Shown here piece by piece: positions 62,936 through 64,000 of a stretch of 64,000 nt of DNA. Position 1 is the stretch's first letter; every line of letters begins with the position of its first letter. The DNA lies in assembly GCA_012295275.1 (NCBI GenBank), contig CM022672.1, positions 24,180,001 to 24,244,000 on the forward strand, written 5' to 3'. Source of the stretch: Chrysomallon squamiferum (lineage: Eukaryota; Animalia; Mollusca). The notes below the pieces were generated by a model that was not told the DNA's origin, did no database searches, and was given only the letters and a program-made list of their open reading frames with translations. Position numbers and translations under genes: made by a program.

Positions 62936-64000
62936 GGTTGGGAGTCCGAGCAACGATCGTTTTTTATCGACATGAGATTAAAATCCAGGAGAACAAAGAA
63001 GAATTTCAGACGAATCTTATGAGAGCAAAGTCTTTGGTAGTTCCAAGCGTTAGTATCCTCATCCCTCACATTGTGTTGTCTGCCAAATAACGAGCTTCCT
63101 ACGTTCTTTTTCATTCCTAATCATCCATGACTATAATTTCCCCTACATGCCACGTAGGTGCTAATCAGAAGGTACAGAGACGCCGACGGAGCTAGATACT
63201 AAACAGATGCGAGAAAATCGTGATTTATTACTTAACAGACACCTAATACATTCTAATACCAAAACATAAAAATAAAACAGCCTCAATCAGTTTCGTTCGG
63301 AGAAAAACGTATAGTTTTATTAATTAAACAATTAATTGTGCTTTTGCGGGAGAAGTTTCGTAACTTCCTGAGTTTGAAAAAGAAAGCGATGTCGAATTTA
63401 TTCATTTATTTTAATAGGCATCTGTGAGTTACACACACAAAATTATGAATGATTTAAAAACTGTCACAGTAATGATGCTGTAATCACAACAATTGCGTTG
63501 TAGGAGTAAACTACAAATAATATTAACTTAACTTTTACTCAGTTAAGCCTTTGACAGTTATTTTTGTAAAATCGTGGTCGTGATGGACTAATCAGTCAGC
63601 TAAATTAATGTAAGATGTTGAAATAATGTGTATGTTACTCTTAAATGTGTCTCTGTAATAAAGACATAATTATGAATAATAACTATTAACGTCACAGTAA
63701 TACGTCTTTAACTATAAATAATAACTTTTATATATCACACTGACGTTGCCATTATTATAAATAACACGTCTGAGGCAGTGTTGTGGCACCAGACACGTCT
63801 GTTATATCCCAGAAATGAAGCAGTTAACTGAACTATGTCGTTTGATTTCTTTATGCCCGATAATGCGCCATCAATTAATTCTTATGTAATTTTATCCTGA
63901 TAGTCTCAGAGGTAATGGTTATGTGTTAATGAAGATCGTATTGCTAGTGGTGAACTACACAGATGATTGTTCTTGTTATTTCTGTACATCAGAGGTGGAA

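Overview
AT-rich, microsatellite-rich eukaryotic genomic DNA with GT-AG introns. Gene content and repeat style suggest an invertebrate, possibly a mollusc (inference only). I could build five protein-coding genes by hand. (1) An unrecognised basic, Lys/Ser-rich protein on the minus strand (883-2087, 2 coding exons). (2) A 5-exon flavin polyamine oxidase, SMOX/PAOX family, 483 aa (+, 6975-16705). (3) An intronless 340-aa Pro/Gln/Tyr-rich orphan with internal 51-nt repeats (+, 24646-25668). (4) An 8-exon DDRGK1/UFBP1, 303 aa (-, 28131-33921). (5) A 5-HT4-like aminergic GPCR with an uninterrupted CDS (-, 43553-44590), followed by about 19 kb with no recognisable CDS. Non-autonomous DNA transposons include two Tigger/pogo-type copies, a hAT-type element and a 1.7-kb foldback element. 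The most striking structure is an intact duplicate of the membrane-anchor exon of DDRGK1, lying 14 nt behind the exon-2 donor with in-phase splice sites, so it could act as a mutually exclusive exon or an alternative first exon. No database searches were run; family assignments rest on recognised motifs.
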